This document shows, piece by piece, positions 39,801-49,593 of a DNA stretch of 64,000 nt. The stretch spans positions 722 through 64,721 of the forward strand of contig WANO01000038.1 in NCBI GenBank assembly GCA_015521765.1. Reading direction: 5' to 3'. Positions within the stretch are counted from its first letter, which is position 1; every line of letters begins with the position of its first letter. The position numbers were made by a program, and so were the translations under genes. Below the pieces are notes generated by a model that saw only the letters and a list, made by a program, of their open reading frames with translations, did not search any database and was not told the DNA's origin. The stretch is from Desulfurococcales archaeon (GTDB lineage: Archaea > Thermoproteota > Thermoprotei_A > Sulfolobales > AG1).

Positions 39801-39976
39801 TCGATCTCTCTTGTAGATAGTGCTTGGGCAGCGGCCTCTAGGGGTACACGCTTCCATATTATCCTCTCGGTGGCGGGTGCCTTCTGGGGGACCTGCGCTG
39901 TGGCTGGGGTCGCTATGAATATAGCCAGTGATACGAACAGTATAGCTAGAAATATATATGAAGCAGACTTCTTCAT
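36818..39976 (-). CDS. ABC transporter substrate-binding protein (family 5, peptide/nickel type) with Ig-like domain, coiled-coil stalk and C-terminal TM anchor
   Basis: Signal peptide MKKSASYIFLAILFVSLAIFIATPATAQ and a large SBP_bac_5-like body. The C-terminus has about 190 aa of heptad-like repeats followed by a hydrophobic anchor ending in RRGGG. Confidence 0.75.
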   Translation of the reverse strand: MKKSASYIFLAILFVSLAIFIATPATAQVPQKAPATERIIWKRVPLEAAAQALSTREIDLYLFALRPKALQELAGKPGIKVYFAPSGLVDIGLNPAPVLLVNVPGVFNDKEALAERLGVHPLVIAYFEPQEDKTYVELCAKPLGGLPDDVEVVREAENVDINPFCFRDIRFNLNFVVDRDFIVKNVYAGYAIPKFALYGPDDPVYVELADVIAKYKFTYDPDRAKQAVQSVFEAIGAEMRDGTWYYNGKPVQVLGIIRVEDERLDIGRIFANELRNLGIQVQPLELTFGEAITKVYATDPFNFEWFFYTEGWGKGAIDKWDPGNLAFFGAAWLGWAPGWGVPDWWNYKNDTIDFYSMSTFLGRVNSKEQWIEYLRTGTDLAIQESIRIWIVAVLSGYATREDLQGVTVDLGAGLRSLFNFRAINIPGKDTLRVGHLWVWTARTVWNPLGGFDDVYSVDPMRATNDPGIWRHPFTGEVLPFRVSFDVETAGPEGKLDVPSDAIWWDAENDRWVYASELGRTQATSKVVFDYSRIVGSNWHHGQQITFADIIGYIAEILDIVYDPEKSQIEAAIAGPSRQIYDGFVAFRPLPEENKLEVYVNFWHFDPGYIADYAISGFNFLDNPFELIAAMDTLAFVEKLYALDETRARAENIPQLSLVIKEHVEDVRITLNDLKAQYDRYKGFFTLPDGTTLMSMEEWNRRIDAAISWIDRYGLAWISQGPFMLTSFDKDAQQLTLEAFRDPTYPMTVAESFFGIPETVSVLRVVSPLIAPGEPAKITVQVSGPEPLSVRFIIRDPATGEVVASDWATQTAPGVFTIELSAEITSKLAEFSAYELIVTAFSGQIALPDERVVILQTAAATRKIIQEEISGVEERISNVEERISGIEERISDIESSIENLRESLQQQFESRLEALREALGERVTTSIQELATGVSRSISDLSDTFTAGLRDVTEGLREVTGVTEELSNRIDAVSSRVEEVRSELASSIDKLSVAVEGKADKSDVQQLSDMITEVLTKAEEAGSTASTAMMVSIANLVLLLVAIALLVMRRGGG
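37307..37390. repeat. about four tandem 21-bp units inside the SBP gene (encode EERISxI/V heptads)
   Basis: Units GCTTATCCTCTCCTCGATACC / CGATATCCTCTCCTCAACATT / GCTTATCCTCTCCTCAACGCC, then a diverged fourth unit. Confidence 0.7.
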
Positions 39977-40098
39977 ACGCAACACCATCAATACCATATT
40001 TAGGTTTGGGGGGTTAAAAATATGAGATTTTAAATTATATTATACAGCACCTTAAAATTAAGGTATTTAAAGTAATAATATAACGCGGTATATAGAGA

Positions 40099-40611
40099 TT
40101 GAACACGAAAACAATAGCCATAGGAATAACCCTACTGGTTCTAAGCCTACTCTCAGCTATAACCTCGCAGGTAACTGAGACAATCATACTGATTGAGGAG
40201 ACCACAATAAGTAGGCCCATACGGGAAACTCTAGTTGAACTATTCAACATAGATATATCCAGGACATACACGCGAGCGATCCTAAAGATAGAGAATAACG
40301 GCGAAACACCCGTTAAGATAGCTGTAGTCGGCAGAGACGTTCAGGAAAAAACCATTGGGCCCAGCAGCTCGGGGCTGTTTAATGTTGGCAGCATTATAGA
40401 TCTATTGATAGTAGAAATACAGAACAAGGGGGAATCAGCAACCCAACTGAGCATTAAGGCCGTGATCGAGCTCACAGAGATTAAGAGACCCTATAGCTAT
40501 CTAGCTATACCAAGCCTAATACTGTTTATAGCGGGCAATATAGTGATAGCCCTCGGAATAATAGGCGCATCTATAGAGAGATACAGGCAGGTTGAAGAAG
40601 CACAGGAATAG
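40099..40611 (+). CDS. hypothetical membrane-anchored protein (N- and C-terminal TM segments)
   Basis: TTG start and 170 aa, with a beta-rich central part. No family recognised. Confidence 0.4.
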   Translation: MNTKTIAIGITLLVLSLLSAITSQVTETIILIEETTISRPIRETLVELFNIDISRTYTRAILKIENNGETPVKIAVVGRDVQEKTIGPSSSGLFNVGSIIDLLIVEIQNKGESATQLSIKAVIELTEIKRPYSYLAIPSLILFIAGNIVIALGIIGASIERYRQVEEAQE

Positions 40612-40614
40612 AAG

Positions 40615-41190
40615 CTAGCCACACAGCCTAGATAGACCCTCGACAACACCGGGATCAGAACTCAACACACTCCTCAACCTCTTATCCTGGGTATCGCTAC
40701 CCCCTATATTGTAGATTAGATACGCCCTAGAGTAATTATATATCGCTACATCATCCAAAGAACCCTCAAAGATAGCGTCACAAAGAATAGCCGCACTACG
40801 AGCCTCGGAACACAGTTCTTCAGTCTTAGATGGAGACATAAGCATGAAATACCTAAATCTCGAGAACCTGCGCATACACTTATCGCTAGCTACAACGGAT
40901 CTCGCATCATCGCACGACTCGATAATCATGCTCAGCGTTTCTCTAGCCGAGATATTCTGATCTATAGTCAGATACCTGCCCCCTACATGCTCATAGATAT
41001 TGCTCACGCATGATTCTGGTGGATATATAAAAATGATTCTTCTAAACTTCTGCGAAACCATAGACATCAGGGAGTAATCTATACAAAAAGACCTTCTAAC
41101 GCCCTTGATACCGAGATCCATGATCCATGATGCCGAAGCGATCCTTGTATTCGAGAGGCATTTAACCAGATCCTCCGAAGACATACCCAA
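40615..41190 (-). CDS. hypothetical protein
   Basis: 191-aa ORF, Cys-rich and soluble. No motif recognised. Confidence 0.35.
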   Translation of the reverse strand: MGMSSEDLVKCLSNTRIASASWIMDLGIKGVRRSFCIDYSLMSMVSQKFRRIIFIYPPESCVSNIYEHVGGRYLTIDQNISARETLSMIIESCDDARSVVASDKCMRRFSRFRYFMLMSPSKTEELCSEARSAAILCDAIFEGSLDDVAIYNYSRAYLIYNIGGSDTQDKRLRSVLSSDPGVVEGLSRLCG

Positions 41191-41347
41191 TCAAACCAAC
41201 AATATAGGTTAGCCAACAGAGCAAATTAATATATCCCGCCCCAAAACCAAAGCTGCAGACAATAATACACAGCAAACACATGCGCTAATCTTGCACTCTC
41301 TAACCAGTTAAAGAGAATGCATATAAAAAATCCCCCAGAAAATATAC

Positions 41348-42922
41348 ATGGTGAAGGTTTTGGTGGCGAAAATAAAGAATCTAGCTCTAGGACTAGCTAT
41401 AATGCTGATAATAGCCTCCACACTACCAATGATAACACTAACACAGTCACAGACTATGGAGCCTATGAGCGCAGATCAAGCAGTAATGATTCCGCCACTA
41501 AGCGGGAAAGTAAAGAACATAATACTCATTATCGGAGACGGAATGGGCATCGAGGAGATAACCCTAACGAGACTCGTATATGGATCACTCAACATGGCTA
41601 GATTCCCATACACAGGGTATGTGCTCACATACTCGCTGAGCGGGGAAGTGACGGATTCAGCCGCAGCAGCAACGGAGATAGCTACCGGTGTAATGACGTT
41701 CAACGGAATGATCGGGATGACATCAATTAACGGAAACAACTTCAAGGTAACAACAATACTGGAGATAGCCGAAATGATGGGTAAATCAACAGGGCTGATA
41801 TCAACAACAAGAATAACCCACGCAACACCGGCATCGTTCGCGGCACACGTGCCTGATAGAGGCATGGAGACGGAGATAGCCCAGCAACTAATCATGAACG
41901 ATGTAGACGTGCTCTTTGGTGGAGGCGCATCGAGATTCAGTGAGGAGCTGCTAGCTATGGCTAGAGAGAAGGGATACCAGGTTATATTCACTAAGGAGGA
42001 GCTATATAGCGTTAGAGGCGGAAAGGTGCTGGGGCTATTCGCCAGGAGCCACCTACCCTATGTGATCGATAGAGACGAATCGATACCCAGCCTACCCGAA
42101 ATGACCAGGGTGGCTCTAAGCATACTGGAGAAGAATCCAAACGGCTTCTTCCTGATGGTTGAGGCTGGAAGAATAGATCATGCTGGACACACAAACGACC
42201 CAACATCGGTTGCTGCAGAAACCAAAGAGCTTGACGATGTTGTTGGTGTAGCGCTAGAGTACGCTATGGAGAGAGGAGACACGCTAGTTGTGGTTACGGC
42301 AGACCATGAGACTGGAGGCTTATCGATAGGCGTCACGTACGGGAGATCGATAAACTTCGAGCTATTGAAGTCGGTTAGAAAGAGCCTTGAGAGCATGGCT
42401 AGAGAGATAAGCGAGGGTGCAGATGTCGCCGAGGTGGTAAGCAAGTACAGCGATATAGAGCTAACCCAGGAGGATGTTGAATGGTTCAACCAGAGGGTTC
42501 AGGAGCTGCTGCCATCTAGATTCGCGGTAAGCAACGCTCTAGGGGAGCTGATATCTAGGAAGCTTGGTGTAGGGTTCACAACACACGCGCATACAGGCGT
42601 GATGATCCCAGTAATGGCGTTTGGGCCAGGAGCAGAGATGTTTACGGGTATAATGCACCATGTAGATGTTGGAAAGAGACTGGCTATAGCTATGATATTC
42701 GGTGGAGAGATCTCCACACAGACAATGGTGTTTGCTCCTAAAGATCTAAAGGGAGACCTAGACGGAGATTCAGAGGTAACTATACTGGACGCATACCTAA
42801 CCCTAACACTATTCGTTGGCGAGTTCGTCGATACAAGGCTGGAGACCCTGATTGATATGGATGGGAACGGAATAATAGACTACATGGATGTTGTACTTAT
42901 CCTGAGCGAGGCAACAAAATAA
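41348..42922 (+). CDS. alkaline phosphatase (PhoA family) with C-terminal dockerin-like module
   Basis: Signal anchor, GDGMGIEEIT, active-site DSAAAATEIATG, DHAGH and ADHETGG. The tail has two EF-hand-like loops, DLDGDSEVTILD and DMDGNGIIDYMD. Confidence 0.85.
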   Translation: MVKVLVAKIKNLALGLAIMLIIASTLPMITLTQSQTMEPMSADQAVMIPPLSGKVKNIILIIGDGMGIEEITLTRLVYGSLNMARFPYTGYVLTYSLSGEVTDSAAAATEIATGVMTFNGMIGMTSINGNNFKVTTILEIAEMMGKSTGLISTTRITHATPASFAAHVPDRGMETEIAQQLIMNDVDVLFGGGASRFSEELLAMAREKGYQVIFTKEELYSVRGGKVLGLFARSHLPYVIDRDESIPSLPEMTRVALSILEKNPNGFFLMVEAGRIDHAGHTNDPTSVAAETKELDDVVGVALEYAMERGDTLVVVTADHETGGLSIGVTYGRSINFELLKSVRKSLESMAREISEGADVAEVVSKYSDIELTQEDVEWFNQRVQELLPSRFAVSNALGELISRKLGVGFTTHAHTGVMIPVMAFGPGAEMFTGIMHHVDVGKRLAIAMIFGGEISTQTMVFAPKDLKGDLDGDSEVTILDAYLTLTLFVGEFVDTRLETLIDMDGNGIIDYMDVVLILSEATK

Positions 42923-42979
42923 AGATCCCGCCCCAAATTATATTTCCAAATTTTTAATTTTTTATATCTTCCTATCTAT

Positions 42980-43717
42980 CTATTTCGGATTTTCCCGGCT
43001 TTTACCAGTATCGGTAGCCTTCTCAGGGTATGGACAAAGATCTCTTAGAGGACAATCAGAACACCTGGGATTCCTAGCCCTACAGTAGGTTCTACCCAAA
43101 GCAATAAGCAGTCTATGGGCACTGTCGCTTGCATCGGCCCCAAAGAACCTTAAAAGAGCATCCGAAATCTCTCTGTACCCAGCCTTTCCACCAACAAGCC
43201 CCCATCTCTTAGCTATTCTGGCTGCATGGGTATCGACAGCGAAAACCGGAGCCCTCCTATATAGCGAGAGGAAGACATCAACAGTTTTGAACCCCACACC
43301 CTTAATCTTCAGGAGGGTTTCACGAAGCTTAAAGGGGTCCTCCCTAGAAAGAAAATCCTCGCCTCCGGCATCGATCACGAATCTAGCCAGCCTCTTAAGG
43401 GTTTCAGCCCTACGGCTAGCTAGTCCGGCAGGCCTGATGGCCTCCTCGATAGCCCTGGTATCGGCACTAGCTATAGACTCCGGATCTAGACCAACACGCT
43501 CTTTAAGCCTACGGTACGCCCTAATAGAGTTGATGTCGCTAGTATTCTGGCTCAAAACAAGAGCAACTAGGAGCGAAAACGGACTCCTGGGCCTGTCTGC
43601 ATATGCCACAAGAGCCGTGTAGTCCTCCCACCTCACCTTAAGGCTCCTTGAGAGTATGTCATATACTGTCTTTCCATCGGCTCTATCCCTAATAGATCTA
43701 GCCATACCCGCAACCAC
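42980..43717 (-). CDS. nth: endonuclease III / HhH-GPD base-excision DNA glycosylase
   Basis: HhH motif LLKIKGVGFKTVDVFL, catalytic-region VDTHAARI, and 4Fe-4S loop CRARNPRCSDCPLRDLC. Confidence 0.85.
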   Translation of the reverse strand: MVAGMARSIRDRADGKTVYDILSRSLKVRWEDYTALVAYADRPRSPFSLLVALVLSQNTSDINSIRAYRRLKERVGLDPESIASADTRAIEEAIRPAGLASRRAETLKRLARFVIDAGGEDFLSREDPFKLRETLLKIKGVGFKTVDVFLSLYRRAPVFAVDTHAARIAKRWGLVGGKAGYREISDALLRFFGADASDSAHRLLIALGRTYCRARNPRCSDCPLRDLCPYPEKATDTGKSRENPK

Positions 43718-43750
43718 CTAAACCCGACTAAATACCCCTAACAATAAAAC

Positions 43751-45310
43751 TTAGCTAGTTGAACCATAACCTCCTCCACCTGGAGTTTCTATAACTACTA
43801 GATCTCCAGGATCCAGATCGATGGTGAACTTGCTCGGCATACTGATCCTTGAACCATCACGCTTAACTATAGTAACAGATCCCGTAGCCCCGGAACCCCC
43901 TCCAGCAAGCCCCCTGGGACCGATCCTGAACCTATCGGCAAGAATAGAGAGCCTCAACCTGGATAGAGCCTTAAAAGATCTAACAATACCATCACCACCC
44001 CTGAACCTGCCGGAGCCACCGCTACCATACCTAATACGGTACTCGCTAAACAATATAGGGTAGCTTCTCTCAGCAATCTCGATTGGTGTGTTGAGGGTAT
44101 TGGTCATATTAACGTGAACACCAGAAACACCATCACCATTAGGCCTAGCTCCACTACCCCCGCCTATAGTTTCATAGTAGGCCCAGTACGATCCCTGAGA
44201 GTCGATCCCTCCCATCATAACATTCATCATAGTACCGCTACCCTGAGCAGGCACCCTGTGGGGTATGGCTTTAGCTAGAGCAAGCAATACAGCATCAGCA
44301 ATCCTCTGGCTAGTCTCGAGATTACCTCCAGAAACCGGGGCCGGCTTAACAGGATTAACTATAGAGCCCTGGGGAGCATGCACATCTATAGCGCTGTAGA
44401 AACCCTCGTTCGTTGGTATATCTCCACCAATAACCGATCTAACGCTAAATGAACACGCGGAAAACGTCACCCCAAAGACAGCATTTAACGGAGCCTCAAC
44501 CTGCGGGCTGCTGCCAGTGAAATCTATATGGATTCCTGAACCCCTGATCTCTAGCCTAACCCTAATATCTAGAAGATCATCTCCCCACTCAAGATAATCA
44601 ACAGCCTCATAGACACCCTGCGGCCAGCTAGATAGCTCCATAGCCACAGATCTCCTAGCATACTCAATTGAGCTCTCCCACCCCTCGAGAACCTTCTTCA
44701 AGCCGTATCTATCAAACAGCTCCCTAACCCTGGAAACACCCATGCTGTTTGCAGCGATCTGGGCATTTAGATCTCCAAGAGTGATCCTGGGAGTCTTACT
44801 GTTCTCCACAAAAAACCTCAGAACATCCCTAGCCAGCTCACCCCGGCTATATAGCTTTACTGGAGGAACTATAACGCCCTCCTCATATATGCTCCTGGCT
44901 GAGGGATTAATGCTTCCAGGCTGGGGACCCCCAACATCAACATGGTGAGCCTTATTAACGGCGTAGCCAGCAAGCTTTCCACGATAGAATATCGGTGTTA
45001 GAACCATCACATCGTTTAGGTGGGTTCCAGCTATATAGGGGTCGTTAAGTATGATCACGTCTCCCTCGAATAGCTCCACACCCTCACGCTCAATCCACTT
45101 AAGGGTATTTTCAACACCAACCCTGAATGAGCCTAGGTGAACAGGTATATGCTCGGCCTGAGCAACTATTCTTCCGCTACGATCCACGATCGCGCAGCTG
45201 TGATCCATCCTCTCCCTAATATTGGGAGAGAAGGCAGAACGCTTTAAAGCAACACCCATCTCCTCAGCGATAAACACCGAGGCCTTATGAATAACCTCCC
45301 AACCCACCAC
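43751..45310 (-). CDS. hydantoinase B / 5-oxoprolinase subunit (HyuB family)
   Basis: 519 aa. [15 protein letters not shown] motif typical of hydantoinase B. Confidence 0.85.
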   Translation of the reverse strand: MVGWEVIHKASVFIAEEMGVALKRSAFSPNIRERMDHSCAIVDRSGRIVAQAEHIPVHLGSFRVGVENTLKWIEREGVELFEGDVIILNDPYIAGTHLNDVMVLTPIFYRGKLAGYAVNKAHHVDVGGPQPGSINPSARSIYEEGVIVPPVKLYSRGELARDVLRFFVENSKTPRITLGDLNAQIAANSMGVSRVRELFDRYGLKKVLEGWESSIEYARRSVAMELSSWPQGVYEAVDYLEWGDDLLDIRVRLEIRGSGIHIDFTGSSPQVEAPLNAVFGVTFSACSFSVRSVIGGDIPTNEGFYSAIDVHAPQGSIVNPVKPAPVSGGNLETSQRIADAVLLALAKAIPHRVPAQGSGTMMNVMMGGIDSQGSYWAYYETIGGGSGARPNGDGVSGVHVNMTNTLNTPIEIAERSYPILFSEYRIRYGSGGSGRFRGGDGIVRSFKALSRLRLSILADRFRIGPRGLAGGGSGATGSVTIVKRDGSRISMPSKFTIDLDPGDLVVIETPGGGGYGSTS

Positions 45311-47298
45311 TAGGCCCCACCCACCTCAACTATATCGAGCTCACCTAACCCACCAACCCTAGCCACCCAGCCCTCGGGTACTATAGTGGTTGAGCTATAC
45401 TCCTCGATAATCGCAGGTCCCTGGATAGAGGTGCCTGTGGGGAGATCATCTCTCCTATAGAGCCTAGCCCTCACCCACTCGCCAGCTATGAAGGCTTCTC
45501 TAGAGCCATAGCTAGAGACCGAGGACCCCGAAGACTGGTAGAAAACCCCAAGCCTAGGCTTAACCCTGGAAACAACACAGTAAACCCTAACGGTAACAAC
45601 CTCTATATCACTATCGAACGTGAATCCATATACAGCCCTATGCTTCTCCTCAAAAACCCTCCTAACCAGATCTAGATCAGCATCCCTGGGAACAGAGACA
45701 GTGAGCTCCCAGCCCTGGCCAGCATAGCGCACATCGGCATACCTAATAAAGTAGCATCCACCACCAACCCGCGAGGCAAGCATCTCCTCAAGCCTCCTAA
45801 AGGAGCTATCCAGATCCTTAGAAAAGCTCTCCCTAGCCTCAAACCTCCAGTCGGCTAGAAGCATCCCGTAAGACGTGAAAACCCCGGGGGCTGGAGGTAT
45901 AATAACCCTAGATAACCCAAGCTCTATAGCTAGCTCGACAGCATGCTGAGGACCCGCACCCCCATAGGCCACAAGCACGAAATTACCCGGATCATAGCCC
46001 CTCTCAACAGTAACGAGCCTGATAGCCCTAGACATCTCGATGTTTATGAGATCCACAGCGTTGATGGCTACATCAACAGGATCCCCCAGCATCGACAGAC
46101 CCCTCTCAGCAAGTCCGCGATCCAGCTTGAATCCGCCCGCAAGCCTCGAGCCGATCCTGCCAAGCAGCAGGTTAGCATCGGTTATAGTGGGCCTAGCTCC
46201 TCCACGGCCATAGCACATGGGGCCGGGATCGGAGCCAGCGCTAAAGGGCCCAACCCTTAAAGCTCCCGCATCATCTCTCCAAATTACCGTTCCACCACCG
46301 GCGGAAACCTCGGCGAGATCAACAAAGGGGAATCTAACAGGGTAGCCGCTACCCTTAACGATCCTTCCATGGTGGCTCTCACCACCAACCTCATACTCAG
46401 AGGTAACCTCAACCACGCCATCAATAACCGTTCCAGCCTTCGCTGTAGTGCCACCCATATCGAAGCTTATCGAGTTAGCTACACCAATAAGCTTAGAGAA
46501 TTCAGCAACGGCAATAACCCCTGCAGCAGGCCCCGACTCTATGAGCTGGATCGGTCTTCTACAGGCCTCATCAACATCGACCAATCCGCCTGCACTAGAC
46601 ATTATATAGAAGGAGCCGCATCCAAGATCCTTGAGGGACCTCCCAAGCCTATCTAGGTAGGAAGACACGATAGGCATGAGAACAGCATTAATCACAGTGG
46701 TCGAGGTCCTCTCATACTCCCTGGGCTCATTAGCAACCTCATGAGAAAGGGATACGTATCTAAACACTTTAGAGAGTATAGAGCCAGCCGTCCTCTCGTT
46801 GGATGGGTTGGCGTAGGAATGTAGAAGAGATACAGCAACACTCACAACATCTAGACTCCTCAGTCTATCGGCTAGATCCATAATCTCACCGGGATCTATA
46901 GGTGTAGCAACATCGCCGCTGGGCATTGTCCTCTCAGAGACCCCGAACCTGAGCTCTCTAGGGATAAGAGGCTTCGGCTTCTTAAAGAATAGATCATATA
47001 TCCTGGGCCTATTCTGCCTACCAATCTCGATGACATCGGTGAATCCCTTTGTAGTGATCAACGCTGTTCTAGGGAGCTCCAGCTTTTCCTGGCCGAGGAG
47101 GGCGTTGGTTGCTATGGTTGTTGCGTGGAGGACCTCCTTTATTGATCCCTTATACCTAGATAGATTCGATACTACAACCCTATCGGGCTTCTCGGGATCG
47201 GTAAGATCCTTGAAATAGGCAACAGAGCCGTCTTCATCAACCACTATAAAATCAGTGAACGTTCCACCTATATCTACGGAAACCACGTAGCTAGCCAA
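45310..47298 (-). CDS. hydantoinase A / 5-oxoprolinase subunit (HyuA family)
   Basis: N-terminal [10 protein letters not shown] and central DMGGTTAK actin-fold ATPase motifs. Its stop overlaps the HyuB start. Confidence 0.85.
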   Translation of the reverse strand: MASYVVSVDIGGTFTDFIVVDEDGSVAYFKDLTDPEKPDRVVVSNLSRYKGSIKEVLHATTIATNALLGQEKLELPRTALITTKGFTDVIEIGRQNRPRIYDLFFKKPKPLIPRELRFGVSERTMPSGDVATPIDPGEIMDLADRLRSLDVVSVAVSLLHSYANPSNERTAGSILSKVFRYVSLSHEVANEPREYERTSTTVINAVLMPIVSSYLDRLGRSLKDLGCGSFYIMSSAGGLVDVDEACRRPIQLIESGPAAGVIAVAEFSKLIGVANSISFDMGGTTAKAGTVIDGVVEVTSEYEVGGESHHGRIVKGSGYPVRFPFVDLAEVSAGGGTVIWRDDAGALRVGPFSAGSDPGPMCYGRGGARPTITDANLLLGRIGSRLAGGFKLDRGLAERGLSMLGDPVDVAINAVDLINIEMSRAIRLVTVERGYDPGNFVLVAYGGAGPQHAVELAIELGLSRVIIPPAPGVFTSYGMLLADWRFEARESFSKDLDSSFRRLEEMLASRVGGGCYFIRYADVRYAGQGWELTVSVPRDADLDLVRRVFEEKHRAVYGFTFDSDIEVVTVRVYCVVSRVKPRLGVFYQSSGSSVSSYGSREAFIAGEWVRARLYRRDDLPTGTSIQGPAIIEEYSSTTIVPEGWVARVGGLGELDIVEVGGA

Positions 47299-47423
47299 GA
47301 AGCACTACCAGAAATAGATAATCTAGGGGAAGAAAATATATAGATAACCTATCACATGTGGGAACCAGTGTAATTAAACAAAATAATATATGATGAAAGG
47401 CTAAAATAGACCGGTGAATAGAG

Positions 47424-49211
47424 TTGAGCGAGAGCTGGAGGCTTCTTAGAGATCTTGAGGAGCTGGTGAAGATACCCATCTACGGGGTTGTTGGTGTGGC
47501 CAGGAATGGGGTCCTGATCTATGCAACAACCATCGAGGGGACAGCAGACATCTACTCAAGGGACCTCAAGACGGGTGAGGAGACTAGACTAACTAAAAAG
47601 GGAATATATACAGCGTCAGCAACCCACAAATCGGATATCGTGGTATATGGGGTTGATGAGAGCAAGGGTAGAGAACTGATCAAGCTCTATACAGTGAACG
47701 CTAGGGGAGGGGAATCGAAGCCCCTATCAGATCTTCCACCAAGGAGACTAACGGGCTTAGCATGGGACGGGGAAAAGGTTATTGTATCGCTAGTTGGCGA
47801 AGGGAGCTTCGAGGTGTGGAAGATCAAGCCCAACAAAACACAAGAGCTTCTAACCAGACACAGCAAACCTCTAGCGGTGACCTCAACTTCTGATAGATAT
47901 ACAGCAGGCTTGGTGTGGGAGTCTGCAGAGGCGTGGAGCATATTTATTCTGGATAACTCCAGTGGCGAGCTCAGAGAGTATTCTCCACGGAAAGGCTCTA
48001 TGAATAGGAGCCCTGTCCTCAGCGAGGACGGAACAAAGATTCTTTTTGCCTCTAACTTTGAGGGTAGGGAGGGGCTTTATGTAGCCGATACGGAGAGGCT
48101 GGAGGTTGGTAGGGTTAGAACAAGGTTTAGAGATCATATAGCCGATGACCCTGTTGAGTACGTGGCTTACGATTGGATCGATAGCGGGTCGATATGGTTC
48201 ATGGGGAAGAGGAACGGTAGAGTGAGTCTCTATATAGATGGGAGAAGAGTAAACCTCCCTCGAGGGTTCTCGATGGGCGGTAAATACTATGACGGCAAGA
48301 TCTATCTGTCGAGGTCCTCGCTCACAAGCCCTCCAAGGATAGTTGAGGTAGATGTAGATAGCAGAAGATGGACAACCCTATATGGGGGTAGAATAGCGAA
48401 CAGAAGGATCCGGCAGGCATTTGCTAGAAGCTACATGACCAATATAGAGAGCTTCGACGGCCTCAACATACCGACATACATTGTTGAAAGCAGATACGCA
48501 CCCAAGCCGGGGCCAACTGTTCTCTACGTGCATGGCGGCCCCTGGTGGGAGGTCGCCGACTACTGGGAGATAATCATGGCCTCACTAGTTGTGTCGGGCT
48601 TCCATGTTGTAGCTCCCAACTTCAGAGGATCAACTGGTTATGGAGAGGAGTTCAGGAGGCTCGATATAGGGGATCCAGGTGGAGGGGACCTCAAGGATAT
48701 AGTGTATGTAGCTAGATGGGCGAGAGATAGCGGCTTAGCCTCTAAGCTAGCCATAATGGGATACAGCTATGGTGGGTTCATGACCTTCCTAGCAACGGTT
48801 AAGGAGCCCGATCTATGGGATGCCGGAGTAGCCGGTGCAGGGGTGGCAGACTGGGAGGAGATGTATGAGCTTGGGGACCAGCTATTCAAGCAGTTTGTCG
48901 AGATGCTTTTCGCGGGTAAAAGGGAACTCTGGAAAGATAGATCCGCAATCAACTTCGCCGAGAACCTGAAGGCGCCGCTATGCATCATACACCCACAAAA
49001 CGATACCAGAACACCCCTAAAGCCCGTGTTGAGATACGCCCTAAGGCTCAGCGAGCTAGGCAAAACCTACGAAATGCACATCATACCAGATATGGGGCAC
49101 ACAGTAAATAAGGTTGAAGACATACTGAACCTGGTGTTTCCCGCAGTAAGATTCCTAACCAGAACTATAGGCATGGATTCAGGCACCGGAAACGGAAAAT
49201 CCCCGGAATAG
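47424..49211 (+). CDS. S9 prolyl-oligopeptidase-family serine peptidase (paralogue type A)
   Basis: GYSYGGFMT, NDTRTP and DMGHTV. Long blocks are near-identical to the 28967..30742 product (VHGGPWWEV...GFHV[IV]APNFRGSTGYG.EF). Confidence 0.85.
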   Translation: MSESWRLLRDLEELVKIPIYGVVGVARNGVLIYATTIEGTADIYSRDLKTGEETRLTKKGIYTASATHKSDIVVYGVDESKGRELIKLYTVNARGGESKPLSDLPPRRLTGLAWDGEKVIVSLVGEGSFEVWKIKPNKTQELLTRHSKPLAVTSTSDRYTAGLVWESAEAWSIFILDNSSGELREYSPRKGSMNRSPVLSEDGTKILFASNFEGREGLYVADTERLEVGRVRTRFRDHIADDPVEYVAYDWIDSGSIWFMGKRNGRVSLYIDGRRVNLPRGFSMGGKYYDGKIYLSRSSLTSPPRIVEVDVDSRRWTTLYGGRIANRRIRQAFARSYMTNIESFDGLNIPTYIVESRYAPKPGPTVLYVHGGPWWEVADYWEIIMASLVVSGFHVVAPNFRGSTGYGEEFRRLDIGDPGGGDLKDIVYVARWARDSGLASKLAIMGYSYGGFMTFLATVKEPDLWDAGVAGAGVADWEEMYELGDQLFKQFVEMLFAGKRELWKDRSAINFAENLKAPLCIIHPQNDTRTPLKPVLRYALRLSELGKTYEMHIIPDMGHTVNKVEDILNLVFPAVRFLTRTIGMDSGTGNGKSPE

Positions 49212-49308
49212 AGAGAGGGATCGTATATATCTGAATCCTTATCTCTTTTTAATATTATATCGAAACATCTATACATCTATCTATACCCCCACAGATGTAG
49301 GGAATCAA

Positions 49309-49527
49309 TTAATGCTGTAGATAGCCGCGCCTCTTGAGGTCCTTGTAGAGGATTTCGAGGCGGATAGGGAGGGACCTCACATCCCGTATACTCAAATACA
49401 GGTTGTTCCACGGATCTAAGCTGTAGATCTGGTTAAAGAGTTTCGGGAGGTCCCCCGATAAGTGTTTTTCATCAGCAAGCGAGAAGGATGTTAGGAGACC
49501 ACTGCATATTATTGAGGGGGAGAGCAT
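49309..49527 (-). CDS. hypothetical small protein (72 aa), doubtful
   Basis: The only sizeable ORF in a 382-nt gap. No family or upstream SD recognised. Confidence 0.2.
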   Translation of the reverse strand: MLSPSIICSGLLTSFSLADEKHLSGDLPKLFNQIYSLDPWNNLYLSIRDVRSLPIRLEILYKDLKRRGYLQH

Positions 49528-49593
49528 GTAGAGGTGGAGACGAGAACCTTCAGCGGTTTGATACTTGCACTTTTATTCTAGATAACTTGATAT

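Noticed and set aside
41317-41601. 94-aa ORF overlapping the alkaline phosphatase start in another frame
   Set aside because: The PhoA frame encodes a proper signal anchor and catalytic motifs. The alternative frame gives an Asn/Ser/Arg-rich, non-protein-like product.
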